Source: the human T2T-CHM13v2.0 reference genome, Homo sapiens
Reading direction: 5' to 3' (one strand)
Length of the DNA: 64,000 nucleotides
Assembly (NCBI RefSeq): GCF_009914755.1
Contig: NC_060930.1
Positions 1 to 13,245 of this stretch are shown piece by piece; within the stretch, counting starts at the first letter, position 1; the number at the start of each line of letters is the position of its first letter. The notes beneath the pieces were generated by a model that saw nothing but the letters and a program-made list of their open reading frames with translations, was not told the DNA's origin and searched no databases. Both the position numbers and the translations under genes were made by a program.

Positions 1-117
1 GGAGGCTGAGGTGGGAGGATCACCTGAGCCCAGGAGGTGGAAGTTGCAGTGAGCCAAGATCGTGCCACTGCACTCCAGCCTGGGTGACATGCCCTGTCTC
101 AAACAAACAAACAAAAA
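1..117 (+). mobile_element. Alu right arm and A-rich tail (cut by window edge)
   Basis: GGAGGCTGAGGTGGGAGGATCACCTGAGCCCAGGAGG...CACTCCAGCCTGGGTGAC followed by (AAAC)n tail. Confidence 0.95.
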
Positions 118-256
118 GCCTTAGTTTGTTTAATGCTTGGATGTTTGCCAAATAAATATTTTGAATTTAATATTTTGTTGAGTACTTGCTAAGATGAACA
201 ATGAGCTCGATGCTGAGAATATTGAGATCAACAGTCCATGTTTTTCAGATACAACT

Positions 257-987
257 ATATCTGTCAGGATTCAATCAGAGAAGCAAAATCAATAGGATAC
301 ATACATGAATACATAGGTATCTCTCACTATGTCTCTCTCTCTCTATGTGTGCATGTGTGTGTATATATATACTTATCATATATATATATGATAAGTAATA
401 TATCATAGAGATTCAACCTTATGCAACTGTGGGATCTAAGTCTGTGGGATGCTATTTCTTCTGTACCTGAAGCTGTACCCTGGAGTCTGCAGGGCAGGCA
501 TTTGGGAAGGGCAAATGGATGTGAAATGGAGGAAGCAAGGCGCTGATGACCTGTAACCCAAAAGGATGGGCTGAAACTCTTGTCAATGTCTCCCCTAAAA
601 GCCTCCAATTTTGATGTTAAAGTATCTCTAGGTGAAACCAGACTCTTCGTCATAAAGCTTAACATTCTCCTGACCCAGGAGTCCAGGAAGCTGAAGGATG
701 ACCCAGCAGGGACTGTAGGTGCTGTGGAGGCTGGCCTAGCTGCTCCTCCATGCCATCCAGGCCAGCTGGCAAATGAGCAACACTGTGTGTGAGGCAGCAG
801 TGCCTCATGTTCTTCCCTGAGCTTGCAGGTATAAAAAGGGAAGATGTTGCTACATCACTTCCACCTTCCAAATCTTGCCTAAGCCTCTTGTGGCCCAGAC
901 TAAGGGGAAACTATGCTGAGCAGGGGATTCTGGGAAATATGGTTCCAGTCTAGCTAAATTGATGCAATACAATACAGATCTGCCACA
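257..987 (-). mobile_element. Old ERVL-type LTR (MLT2-like), with internal (TC)/(TG)/(TA) low-complexity tract
   Basis: Starts TGTCAGGATTCAATCAGAGAAGCA and ends GGGATTCTGGGAAATATGGTTCCAGTCTAGCTAAATTGA...CCACA, resembling MLT2-family termini as recalled; subfamily uncertain. Confidence 0.5.
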
Positions 988-1049
988 CATCCTGGTCTCT
1001 TCCTTAGTCAAAGACAGTGAGAGCCACCTGTAAGGGAGTTACAAAGAAT

Positions 1050-1170
1050 ACATTCATTTTATTGATAAGGAAGGATACTGAAACTCTAAGAAGTCAAGTG
1101 ATAGCCCCAGGTAATAAAGGGAGGGTGGAGCTAAGACCAGACCATACATGTACTGATTCCTAGCCCTGAC
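1050..1170 (-). mobile_element. MIR fragment
   Basis: CATTTTATTGATAAGGAA...ACTGAAACTCTAAGAAGTCAAGTGA...GGTGGAGCTAAGACCAG resembles the MIR core. Confidence 0.5.
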
Positions 1171-1277
1171 CTCTTGCAACCCTCCTGCTGCCTGTAGAGA
1201 AGGGTACAACTCTCAAAAGTGACATTGCTCCCTTATGATATTCATGCAGATTTGATGCATTATTTTTCCAATCTTAC

Positions 1278-1358
1278 CTAGATGAAATTCATATTGAAAT
1301 GATCGGGATGTTTGTCCCAATAAATTTGGGAGGACTAGGTTGTATTCAATGAGAATAC
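1278..1358 (-). other. Candidate spliced exon (81 nt)
   Basis: Minus-strand acceptor TTATTTTAGAATTTTGTAG|G and donor TAG|GTAAGA; one open frame ILIEYNLVLPNLLGQTSRSFQYEFHL; no homology recognised. Confidence 0.3.
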
Positions 1359-1554
1359 CTACAAAATTCTAAAATAATCCATTTAAGTTTTAAAACAATT
1401 TTGCTTTCCTTGATTTATGTTTTCTCTTCACTTTTTCTTCTCTGATAATGGCAAGGAGCACTATTTCAGAAATGGTGTGTGTTATCTGAGTGGACTGCTG
1501 TCTGTGTTTTGGTCCCCTTACTCATTCTAGCATTGCTGGATAATGAGGTCTTAC

Positions 1555-1593
1555 TTCAGAAGGTCAAGGTCTTGAGTTTCTTTATGGATTACA
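1555..1593 (-). other. Candidate spliced exon (39 nt)
   Basis: Minus-strand acceptor CCCCTCCTTTCTTCCCTCTGCCCACAG| and donor GAA|GTAAGA. Confidence 0.25.
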
Positions 1594-2654
1594 CTGTGGG
1601 CAGAGGGAAGAAAGGAGGGGCTAAGAGTAGTGGGTGTATTTAACATCTTAATCCTCAGCAATTGAGAGTTAAAGCTATACAGATAGCCTAATAAGAATTT
1701 ATTTTCATGTAGAAAAAGGGTAACATCCAGACCATAAATTCTTGTAGCCAGGAGTTAAATTTAATTCAACATCAGTCAATCTTCTGTGGAAGGTTAAATA
1801 AAAACCATTTAGCTTCTCTGTATCTGTGCTTCCTTTTATATAAAATGAAACTATTTTTTTCCACTACCTTCTACACATGCAAACTAAAAGTTAATAGAGT
1901 TAGTAATATAACAGTTTGGCTGATACAACAAGCCACTGGTTTGTAAATGCAATCTTATATTTAACCTGGGCTTCCAATCAAGATTGCTGATTCTGATAAG
2001 TCCTCAAAGTGTTGAAAATCAACTGCAATCTCATCCCCAGCAGTCTCACTGCAACCACTTAAAATCACTTTTTCTTTTCAACTTTACAATCAATAACTCA
2101 TGAAAAAAGCAGCAAGTTAAAGTATACTGCTTTCCAAGTTTTAAAAATTGCATTAGCATTTGAATTATTATGTGTCTAATTCATTGTACTTGACTACAGC
2201 TTTGTAGAAAAATTATAGCACAGTGTCTAAAACATTGGGCCTTTTAATAAATATTAGCTTCCTTTTCATCAATCTGAAAAGTATTTCTGTGCTATAAAGT
2301 TTTTCAATAAAATCTTAATTTATCCCAGTTACAATCATATATTTTCTTTTGGGTTAGAAGTATCTTATTGTCAAAACTAAACTTTGTCTTTATTTCATAA
2401 TTAAATAATTATCAACACTTATTTATTTATATTTTTGCTAGAGATGAATTTGAGGAACTGATATATTTAGTGCTGACAAAGAGAAATTGAGAAATAGAAA
2501 CAACTTATTGGCCCTGTACTCTTTGAACTATATTTTCAAAGAGCTGGGCTTTCCTATTCCAATGTCACTGAAAATTTGGAGATTTTTGTTTTGGGTCAAA
2601 CTTCTCTGGGGTAAAGTGTGTATTCTTGTTGTTTTTCTAGTTTGTCCGATACAC

Positions 2655-2843
2655 CTGGCTCTGAGTGTCAAGGGTACAGAAGTCTCATTAAAGTTACTAA
2701 AAATGTGCTTGCATGCTCGTTCTCACTATGCAGACGCCAGCTCAGACACTTCACTAACTACATAAGGACCCATTCTACTCTCTGGAGAAATAACCCGATT
2801 ATTCCACACATTTGCTTCTCATCTGGACAACAAAATATTCTTC
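2655..2843 (-). other. Candidate spliced exon (189 nt), stop codons in all three frames
   Basis: Minus-strand acceptor CTCTGTCCTTTTTTTCTTCCTTTTCTTAG| and donor CAG|GTGTAT. Confidence 0.25.
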
Positions 2844-2978
2844 CTAAGAAAAGGAAGAAAAAAAGGACAGAGCATCAATAGTCTGGATGTATGGGAAGAG
2901 GAGAGCTTGTAATATTAAAATAAATGGAAAGTCCAGGTCGGAGTTTGACAATGATAAGTTAATTCTTAGATGTGTTGG

Positions 2979-3332
2979 TGATATGGTTTGGCTCTGTGTA
3001 CCCACCCAAATCTCATCTCAAATTGTAATGCCCACATCTTGAAGGAAGAAACTTGTGGGAAGTGCTTGGATCAGAGGGGTGGTTTCCCCCATGCTGTTCT
3101 AATGATAGTGAGTTCTCATGAAATCTTATGGTTTGAAAGTGTTTGACAGTTCCTCCTCATTCTCTCTCCTGCAGCCACGTAAGATGTGTCTTGCTTCCCC
3201 TTCTGCCATGATTATAAGTTTTCTAAGGCCTCTCCAGCCATTCAGAAATGTGAGTCAATTAAGCCTTTTCTTCTTTATACATTACCCAGTCTCAGGTGGT
3301 TCTTTATAGCATTGTGAAAATTGACTAACACA
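2979..3332 (+). mobile_element. MaLR solo LTR (MSTA-like)
   Basis: TGATATGGTTTGGCTCTGTG...CCCAAATCTCATCTC start, ...GACTAACACA end, perfect 5-bp TSD GTTGG (2974-2978 / 3333-3337). Confidence 0.92.
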
Positions 3333-3418
3333 GTTGGTCTCTAGCCTGATGATCAATTAGTAATAGAAAGGCATTATAAATCAAGCAATTATGTCATCTT
3401 TTTCTTATAAAACTTCTT

Positions 3419-3724
<306 letters not shown>

Positions 3725-4164
3725 GTCTCCCATATGCATTAGAAATGGCAGAGCTATGGAAGGTCTTATGAAGAAAAAAATAAAAGATTAAGAATATGGT
3801 GAAAGCAAAAGGGGTCTGGCCAGGCAGAGGACAGGCTTGTTTTACAGATATCAGTGTATTTGAGCTGGGAGGCATAATTTGAATTTTGAGAAGTGCTTTT
3901 AAGGAAACAACAAATGTAAAGCAGTGTGCAAGGATGTCAGAGGTAAAATGAAATAACTTCCTAGTTTTACCTCATAGTTGGATCAAAAAAAAATTTGGAA
4001 GAGGCCTTTGGACAGAGAAAAACAAACTAGGTTGGCAAATAGGGATATTTTAGTTTCCTTCCACCTCTAGGTCTCTAGATCAGCCAAACACTAGGTCTAA
4101 TTCCAACATTCAAAACTATCTGTGCTGTTTGGTTTCTTTTTCTGTTACTCAATCACCTCTTCCT

Positions 4165-4260
4165 ATTCTTTTTATAAACACCATGAGGCCAGGACTTTTC
4201 TCTCTTGTTCTCAGTAACATCCCTGGTGTCTGGCAGAGTGATGCACATGAGACACTTCAC
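4165..4260 (+). mobile_element. L2 3' fragment
   Basis: CCATGAGGCCAGGACTTTTCTCTCTTGTTC...ATCCCTGGTGTCTGGCAGAGTG resembles the L2 3' end. Confidence 0.55.
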
Positions 4261-6266
4261 ACCTATCTACAGAGACAGGAGGTAGAGCAAGTTGGCTGAA
4301 TAGAAGCCTCTAGTGATTGTCCCCTTCACAGGAACACCAAATTGAATAACTATCCACACAAAAAAACTACCTTCATAAGAACCAAAATATCAGGTGAGTG
4401 ATTACAGTACCTGGTTTTTACATCATATTAAGGAAAGAGGAACTAAGGTGGGTAGGAAAGAGTCTTGAGTAGCCTATACCACCCCTCCCCCATTACACAG
4501 CAGCAGCCATGTGGCACAGAGAGAAAATCTGTTTGCTTGGGGCAGGGATAGTGCAGTGATTGTGAGACTTCACATTGGAACTCAGTGCTGCCCTGTCACA
4601 GTAGAAAGCAACAGGGGGCAGAACTCAGCAGGCACCCACACAGGAAACATTTAGACTACCCTTAGCCAGAGGCAAATTGCTCATCCCAGTGGTCAGAACC
4701 TGAATTCTGGCAAATGCTGCCACTGTGGGCTAAAGTTCTCTGGGGTCCTAAATAAACTTGAAAGGCAATCTATGCTATAAGAACTGCAATCCCTGGGCAA
4801 GCCCTGGTGCTGTGCTGGGCTTGAAGCTAGTGAACTTGGAGTACATGAGATCTAGTGAGATACCAGCTGGGGTGGCAAAGGGAGTGCTTGCACCACTCCT
4901 CCTCCAACCCCAGGCAGTACAGCTGACAACTCTGGGAGGAGAGGAAAGAGTAAGAGGACTTTGCCTTGCAACAAATATACCAGCTCAACCATAGTTAGAA
5001 TACAGCATCAAGCAGAGTCCAGAGGCCCCGATTCCAGGCCCTAGCTCCCAGACAACATTTCTAGACACACTACAACAAATGTTGGGCCAGAAGGGAGCCT
5101 ACTGCCTTGAAAGAAAGGACCCAGTCCTGGAGGGATTAATCACCTGCCAACTCAAGATTCCTTGGGCCCTGAAAAACCAGAAGTAGTAGCCAGGCAGTAC
5201 TTGCTGCAGGCCTTGGGTGAGACTCTGAGCAATGCTGGCTTCAGGTGTAACCCAGCGTATTCCCAGATATGGTGGCCATGCAGAAACACTCTTTCTGCTT
5301 GAGGAAAGAAGGAAGAGTAAAGAGGCCTTTGTCTTTCACCTTAGGTACCAACTCAGCCACAATCAGGTAGAGCATTAAGTAGGCTCCTTGGTTCCCATTT
5401 CTAGGCTCCAGAAAACATTTCTGGACCTACTCTGGGACAGAAGGGAGCTCACTTCCTTAAAGGGAGAGGCTCAAGATTAGCAGAATTCACCACAAACTGA
5501 CTGAAGAGCCCTTAGGCTTCAGTAGACATTGGCAGTAGCCAAGCAGTACTTGCCATGGGCTTGGTTTAGTGGTGAACATGTGGAGAGACTCCTCTGCTTG
5601 AAGTAATGGGAGGGAAGAATGGGAAACACTTTGTCTTGTGGCTTGGGTGCCAACTCAGACCCAGTAGAACAAAGCACTAAGTAGATTCCGAACATTTCTG
5701 ACTCCAGGCCCTGGCATATGAATAGCATCTCTGGACATATATAGGACCAGGGTGAACTCATTGCCATAAATGGAAGGACACAAGCCTGGCTGGATTCACC
5801 ACCTGCTAATTGTAGAGCCTTAGGGCCTTGATTGAACATAGGTAGTAGCCAGGTAGTAGTCAAAATGGACACTAGGAAAGACCCAGCACTGTGCTGGCTT
5901 CAGGTCTGACCCAGCACAGACCCAGTGGTGGTGACCAAGGGGTGCTTGTGTCACCCCTCACCCACCTCTAGGAAGCTTACCAAATTCGTTTGGTGAGAAA
6001 TTAAGGGAAGAGAATAAGAGTGTCTTTCTGGTAAACCAGATAATACTTCTGGATCTTACGCAAGGCCACAAATGCAGTACCTCTACAAGTCTGCAAGAAC
6101 TATAGCATTACTGGGCTTGGGGTACCTTCTAATGCTGATATGGCTGCAGTGACCAAGCACAGATCACAACACCCAAGTCCTTTCAAACACCCAGAAAGCC
6201 TTCCCAAGAAGGACAGCTACAAACAAGCCCAGACTGTGAAGACTACAATAAATACCTAACTCTTCA

Positions 6267-7170
6267 ATGCCCAGACATTGATGAACACCCACAAGCATCA
6301 AGACCACCTGGGAAAACATGACTACATGAGCTAAATAATAAATCAGTGACTAATCCCAGAGAGACAGAGAGGTGTGACATTTCAGACTGAAAGTCCAAAA
6401 TAGCTGTTTTGAGGAAATTCAAATAAATTCAAGATAACACAGAGATGGAATTCAGAATCCTATCAGATAAATTTATCAAAGAGATTGAAACAATTTAAAA
6501 ATTATCAAGCAGAAATGTCATAGCTGATAAATTCAACTGACATATTGAAGAATGCATCTGCATCTCTTAACAGCAGAATTGATCAAGCAGAAGAAAGAAT
6601 TAGTGATCTTGAAGAAAGGCTATATGAAAATACATAGAGGAAGTTAAAAAAAGAATAAGATATGGCAATAAGATACAGAAAATATCCTTAAAAGGGCAAA
6701 TGTAAACATTATTGATTTTAAAAAGGAATTAGAGATTGGGATAGAAGGTTTATTCAAAGGGATACTAACAGAGAACTTCCCAAACCTAGAAAAAGATATA
6801 AATATTCAAGTTCAAGAAGGTTATAGAACACCAAACAGATTTAACCCAAATAAGTCTACCTCTCAATATTTAATAATCAAACTCCCAAATTTCAAGGATG
6901 AAGAAAGGATTCTAAAAGTAGCAAGAGAATAAAAAGTAACATATGCTGTTATAAAAGATAAGATATATTGAAGCTCCATTATATGTTTTTTCCACAAAAA
7001 TATGCTTCAAACATAAAGGATAAATATTTTCCCAGAGAAGCAAAAGTTGAGGGACTTTGTCAACACCAGAACTGTCATACAAGAAATGTGAAAGGGAGTT
7101 TTTCATTCTGAAAGGAAATAATGTTAAAAAGTAATAAGAACTCATCTGAAGGTACAAAACTCACTGGTAA
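6267..7170 (+). pseudogene. Decayed L1 ORF1 of the L1MA-like element
   Basis: ATG at 6267; motifs AGAATTGATCAAGCAGAAGAAAGAATTAGTGA and GAGAACTTCCCAAACCTAG; many stops, frameshifts and an internal deletion. Confidence 0.7.
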
Positions 7171-10100
7171 TAGAAAGTACACAGAAAAACAGAATAGTAT
7201 AACATTGTAATTGTGGTGTGTAAACTACTCATATCTAGAGCAGAAAGACTAAAAGATGAACCTATGAAAAATAATATCTCAAACAACCTTTCAGGACATA
7301 AAATGTCCAAGAAGATATAAATGGAAACAACAAAAAGTTAAAAAGCAGAGAGATGAAATTTATTAATTTTCTCTTTTCTTGTTTGATTGATTGTTTATGC
7401 AATCATCATTAAGTTGTCAACTGTGTAAAATAATGGGTTATAAGGTATTATTTGCAAGCCTCATGGTAACCTCAAATCTAAAAACATACAATAAATAGAC
7501 AAAAAAATTTAAAAATCAAGAAATAAAGACACACCATCTGAGAAAGTCATCTATATTAAAAGAAAGAAAGGAGAGAAAGAAGAGAACAACACACACACAC
7601 ATAAAAAAAAAACAAAGTGGCTGGAATAAGTTCTTATTTATCAATAATCACATTGAATGTACATGGAGTAAACTCTATAATCAAAAGGCATAAACTGGCT
7701 GAATGGATGAAAAAACAAGACCCAGTGACCTGTTGCCTACAAGAAACATACTTCACCTATAAAGACACGCATAGACTGAAAATTAAAAGATTTAAAAAAA
7801 GATATTCCATGCCAATGGAAACCAAAATAGAGCGGGAGTCACTATACTTATATCAGATAAAGTAGATTCCAAGACCAAAACTATAAAAAGAGATAATGAA
7901 GGTCACTATATAATGATAAAGGAGTCAATTCTGCTAGAGGATACGGTAACTTTAAATATATATGCACACAACACTGGAGCACCAAGATATATAAAGCAAA
8001 TATTATTAGAGCTAAAGGGATAGAAAGGCTCCAATACAATAATAGCTATTAACTTTAATGGCCCACTTTTGGCATTAGACAGATTATCCTGACGAAAAGA
8101 CCAAATTGACCTAATAGATATTTACAGAACATTTCATTCAACAACTGCAGAATACATATTTTTTTTCCTCGCACATGGATCATTGTCAAGGATTAGACCA
8201 CATATTAGGTCACTAAACAAAGCTTGAAACATTCAAAAAAATTTAAAGAATATCAAGTATCTTCTCTGACCACAGTGGAATATAACTGGAAACCAAGAGA
8301 AATTTTGGAAACTATGAAAACATAAAAATTAAATAATATGCTCCTGGATGATCAGTGGATCAATGAAGAAATTAAGAATATTTAAAAATTTCTTGAGGCA
8401 AATAAAAATGGATGCACAGCATAGCAAAAACTATAGAATACGGTGAAAGCAGTACTAAGAGGAAGGTTTACAGCAACAAGTGCCTTCATCAAAAAAGTAG
8501 AAAAATCTCAAATGGACAACCTAAAGATGCATCTCAAAGAACTAGAAAAGCAAGGGTAAACCAAACCCAAAAAGTTGTAGAAGAAAATAAACAATAAAGA
8601 TCATAGCAGACATAAATGAAATTGAAACAAAAAATACGAAAGATCAATGAAACAAAAGTTATGTTTGTAACAAGATAAAGAGAAAGAAAATTGACAAACC
8701 TTTAGCCAGACTAAGAAAGAGACAGAATGTGCATATAAATAACATATGAAAAAGAGACAGAATATGCGTATAAATAACCTATGAAAAAGGAGACATTACA
8801 CCCAATACCATAGAAATTCAAGAGATCATTAAGGGCTGCTATTAAGAACTACATGCCAATAAATTGGAAAATCTTGAAGAAATTGATATATTTATAGACA
8901 AATACGATGTATCAAGATTGAACCATGAAGAAATCAAAAACCTGAAGAGACTAATAACAAGCAATGAGACCAAAGCTATCATAAAAAATTTTTTATTAAA
9001 GAAAAGCCTAGGATCTGAAGGCTTCACTGCTGAATTTTATGAAACATTTAACTAAGAATTAATATCAACCCTATTCAAATTATTCTTTAAAATAGAGAAA
9101 GAGAAAATACTTGCAAACTCATACGATGAGGCCAATATCACCCTGACACCAACACCAGACAAAGACATCAAAAAAGGAAACTACAGCTAATATATCTGAT
9201 AATCATTGATGTAAAAATCTTCAACAAAATACTAACAATCCAAATTCAACAAAACAATAAAAACATACGCAACATGACCAAATGGAATTTATCCCAAGAA
9301 TGCAAGGATGGTTCAACATAAGCAAATCAATCAATGTGATACATCATATCAATAGAATGAAGAAGAAAAACCATATGATCATTTCAATTAATGCTGAAAA
9401 AGCATTTGATAAAATTCAGCATCTTTTCACGATAAAAACCCTCACAAAACTGGGTATAGAATAAACATACTTAACACATAAAAGCCACATATGACAGACC
9501 CACAGCTAGTATCTTTCTAAATGGGAAAAATATAAAGCCTTTCTTCTCAGATCTGGAACAAGACAAGGATGCCCACTTTTCCCATTGTTATTCAACATAG
9601 TACTGGAAATCATAGCCAGAGGAATCAAAGAAAAGGAAAAAAAAGGGCATCCAAATTGAAAAGGAAGAAATGAAATCATCCTTGTTTGCAGATGATATGA
9701 TATATTTGGAAAAACTAAAGATTCCACCAAAAAAATTTAGAACAGATAAATAAATTCAGTCAAGTTGTAGTATGGAAAAATCAACACACAAAATTCGTAG
9801 CATTTCTGTATGACAACAGCAAACATTTTGAAAAAGAAATCAAGAAGCGAATTCCATTTACAACAGGTATGAATAAAATAAAATACCTAGGAATAAACTT
9901 AACCAAGGAAGTGAAAGATCTCTGGAATGAAAACCATAAAACATTGACACAAGATGAAGTGGGAATAAAAAATGGAAAGATATTCCATGTTCATGGATTG
10001 GAGGAATCAATATTGTTAAAATATCCATACTACCCAAAGCAATCTACACATTCAATGAAATCCCTATCCAAATACCAAGGACATCTTTCACAACAATAGA

Positions 10101-10415
10101 AAAAGCAATCCTAAAATTTATATGAAACCCACAAGAGACCCATAATAGCAAAAGCTATCCTGAGCAAAAAACTGGAGGAATCACATTACCTGACTTTAAA
10201 TTATACCACAGAACTATAGTAACCAAAACAGCATGGTACTGGCAAAACAACAGACACATAGACCAGTGAAACAGAAAAGAGAACCTAGGAGCAAATTCAC
10301 ACACCTACAGTGCACTCATTTTTGACAAAGTTGCTAAGAACATACATTGGGGAAAAAAGTCTCCTCAATAAATAGTGCTGGGAAAATTGGATATTCATAT
10401 GCAGAATAATGAAAG

Positions 10416-12716
10416 TGTATTAGTCTGTTTTCACACTCATGATAAAGACATACTCAAGACTGGGTAATTTATTTAAAAAAAGAGCTTTAATGGACTTACA
10501 GTTCTGTGTTGCTAGGGAAGCCTCACAATCATGGTAGAGGTGAAAGGCACATCTTACATGGCAGCAGCAGGGAGGAATGAGAGCCAAGAAAAAGGGGTTT
10601 CCCCTTATAAAACCATCAGATCTCATGAGGCTTATTCACTATCACAGGAATAGTATGGGGGAAACCATACCCATGATTTAATTATCTCCTACCAGATCCC
10701 TCCATATAACATGTAGGAATTATGGGAGCTACACTTCAAGATGAGATTTGGGTGGGGACACAGGCAAACCATACCAGTCTGCCCCTGGCCCTTCCCAAAT
10801 CTCACGTCCTCACATTTCAAAGCCAGTCATGCCTTCCCAACAGTCCCCTAAAATCTTAACTCATTTCAGCATTAACTCAAAAGTCCACACCCCAAAGTCT
10901 CATCTGAGACAAGGCAAGTCCCTTCCACCTATGAGCCTGAAAACTCAATAGCAAATTAGTTACTTTCTAGACACAATAAGGATACAGGCATTGGGTAAAT
11001 ACAGCTGTTACAAATGGGAGAAATGGACCAAAACAAAGGGGCTACAGGCCCCATGCGAATCTGAAATCAAGCAGAGCAGTCAAATCTTAAAGCTCCAAAA
11101 TGATCTCCTTTCATCCATGTCTCACATCCAGGTCATGCTGCAAAAGGTGGGCTCCCATGGCCTTGGGCAGCTCTGCCCCTGTGGCTTTGCAGGGTACAGC
11201 CTCCCTCCAGACTGATTCCACAGGGGCTGGTGTTGAGTGTGTGTGACTTTTCCAGGTGCACAGTGCAAGCTGTCAGTGGATCTACCATTCTGGGGTCTGG
11301 AGGACAGTGGCCCTCTTTTCACAGCTCCACTAGGCAGTGCCCCAGTGAGGACACTGTGGTGGGCTTCAACCCCACATTTCCCTTCTGCAGTGCCCTAGAA
11401 GAGGTTCCCATGAGGGCCCCACCCCTGCAGCACACCTCTGCCTGGACATCCCAGCATTTCCATACATCCTTTGAAATCTAGGCAGAAATTCCTAAACCTC
11501 AATTCTTAACTTCTGTGCACCAACAGGCTCAACACCATGTGGAAGCTGCCAACACTTGGGGCTTGCATCCTCTGAAGCCATAGCTTGAGCTGTACCTCAG
11601 TCTCTTTTGGCCATGGCTAGACTGGCTGGGACACAGGGCACCAACTCCCTAAGCTTCAAACAGCAGGGGGGGCCCTGGGCCCAGACCATAAAACCATTTT
11701 TTCCTCCTAGGTTTCTGGGCCTGTGATGGCAGGGGCTGCCACAAAGTTCTCTGATATGTCCTGTAGACATTTTTCCCATTGTCTTGGTGATTAACATTCG
11801 TCTCCAAGTTACTTATGCACATTTCTGCAGCCAGCTTTAATCTTTCCTCAGAAAATAAGTTTTTCTTTTCTATCACATTGTCAAGCTGCAAATTTTCTGA
11901 AATTTTTTGTTCTGTTTCTCTTTTAAAACAGAGTGTTTTTAAAGGCACCCAAGTCACCTCTTGAATGCTTTGCTGCTTAGAAATTTCTTCTTCCAGATAC
12001 CCTACATCCTCCTGAAGTTCAAAGTTCTACAAATCTCTAGGGCAGGGGCAAAATGCCACCAGTCTCTTTGCTAAAACATAGCAAGAGTCACCTTTACTCC
12101 AGTTCCCAATAAGTTCCTTATCTCTATCTGAGACCATCTCAGCCTGGATTTCATTGTCCATATCATTATCAGCATTTTGGTCAAAGCCATTCAACAAGTC
12201 TCTAGGAAGTTCCAAAGTTTCCCACATTTTCATGTCTTCTTTTGAGCCTTCCAAACTGTTCCAACCTCTGCCTGTTACCCAGTTCTAAAATTTCTTCCAC
12301 ATTTTTTGATATCTTTACAGCAGCACCCCACTCTACCAGTACCAATGTACTGTATTAGTCTGTTTTCATGCTGCTGATAAACAACAGAGCCAAGACTGGG
12401 TAAATTATAAAGAAAAAGAGGTTTAATGGACTCAGAGTTCTACATGGCTGGGGAGGCCTCACAATCATGATGGAAGGTGAAAGGCACATCTCACCTGGTG
12501 GCAGACAAGAGAAGAGAATGAGAATGAAGTGAGAGGGGTTTTCCCTTATAAAACCATCATATCTCATGAGACTTATTCACTACCATGAGAACAGTATGAG
12601 AGAAACCATACCCATGATCCAATTATCTCCCACCAGGTCCCTCCCACAATGTGTGGGAATTATGGGAGCTAAAATTCAAGATGAGATTTGGGTGGGGACG
12701 CAGCCAAACCATATCA
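10416..12716 (-). mobile_element. Complete THE1 (C/D-like) MaLR provirus: 5' LTR 12351-12716, internal 10777-12350, 3' LTR 10416-10776
   Basis: Two ~360-bp LTRs bounded TG...CA around a THE1-int sequence; TSD GAAAG/GAAAC; L1 ORF2 resumes colinearly at 12717. Confidence 0.95.
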
Positions 12717-12930
12717 GAAACTAAGACCTCAATCTCTCACCATATTAAAAAAAAATTAAAATGAATTAAAGACTTAAATCTAATACCTCAAACAATGAAA
12801 CTTCCAAAACATTGGGAAATTCTCAAGGGCATTGGTTTGAGCAAGGATTCATTTAATAATACCCCACAAGCACAGGCAACCAAAGCATAAATGGACAAAT
12901 TAATCACATCAAGTGAAAAAGCTGCTGTAG

Positions 12931-13245
12931 AGCAGTTGTGTAAGGTGTCTCATGCTTGTAATCCCAGCACCTCGGAAGGCCGAGGCTGGTGGGTCATTTG
13001 AGGTAAGGAGTTTAAGACCAACCTAGCCAACATGGTAAAATCCCCATCTCTACTAAAAATACAAAAATTAGCCAGGTGTGGTGGCATATGCCTGTAGTCC
13101 TAACTATTCAAGAAGCTAAGACAGAAGAATCACTTGAACCCTGGAGGCAGAGGTTGCAGTGAGCCAAGATCATGCCACTGTACTCCAGCCTGGACAACAG
13201 AGCGAGACTCTGTCTCAAAAAAATAATGAGTAAATAAAGAAATAT
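12931..13245 (+). mobile_element. AluS inserted in L1 ORF2
   Basis: TGTAATCCCAGCAC, GAGGTAAGGAGTTTAAGACCA, linker, right arm, decayed tail. Confidence 0.92.

Noticed and set aside
2487-2881. Plus-strand ORFs and a possible plus-strand terminal exon (acceptor at 2640, AATAAA near 2899)
   Set aside because: Non-ATG starts, no recognisable protein, no supporting plus-strand exon chain, and conflict with the minus-strand reading; it cannot be fully excluded
10748-12567. Many 60-130 aa ORFs here and at 32740-36671 and 53725-55403
   Set aside because: They fall entirely within THE1/MST sequence on both strands and are incidental frames of decayed MaLR elements
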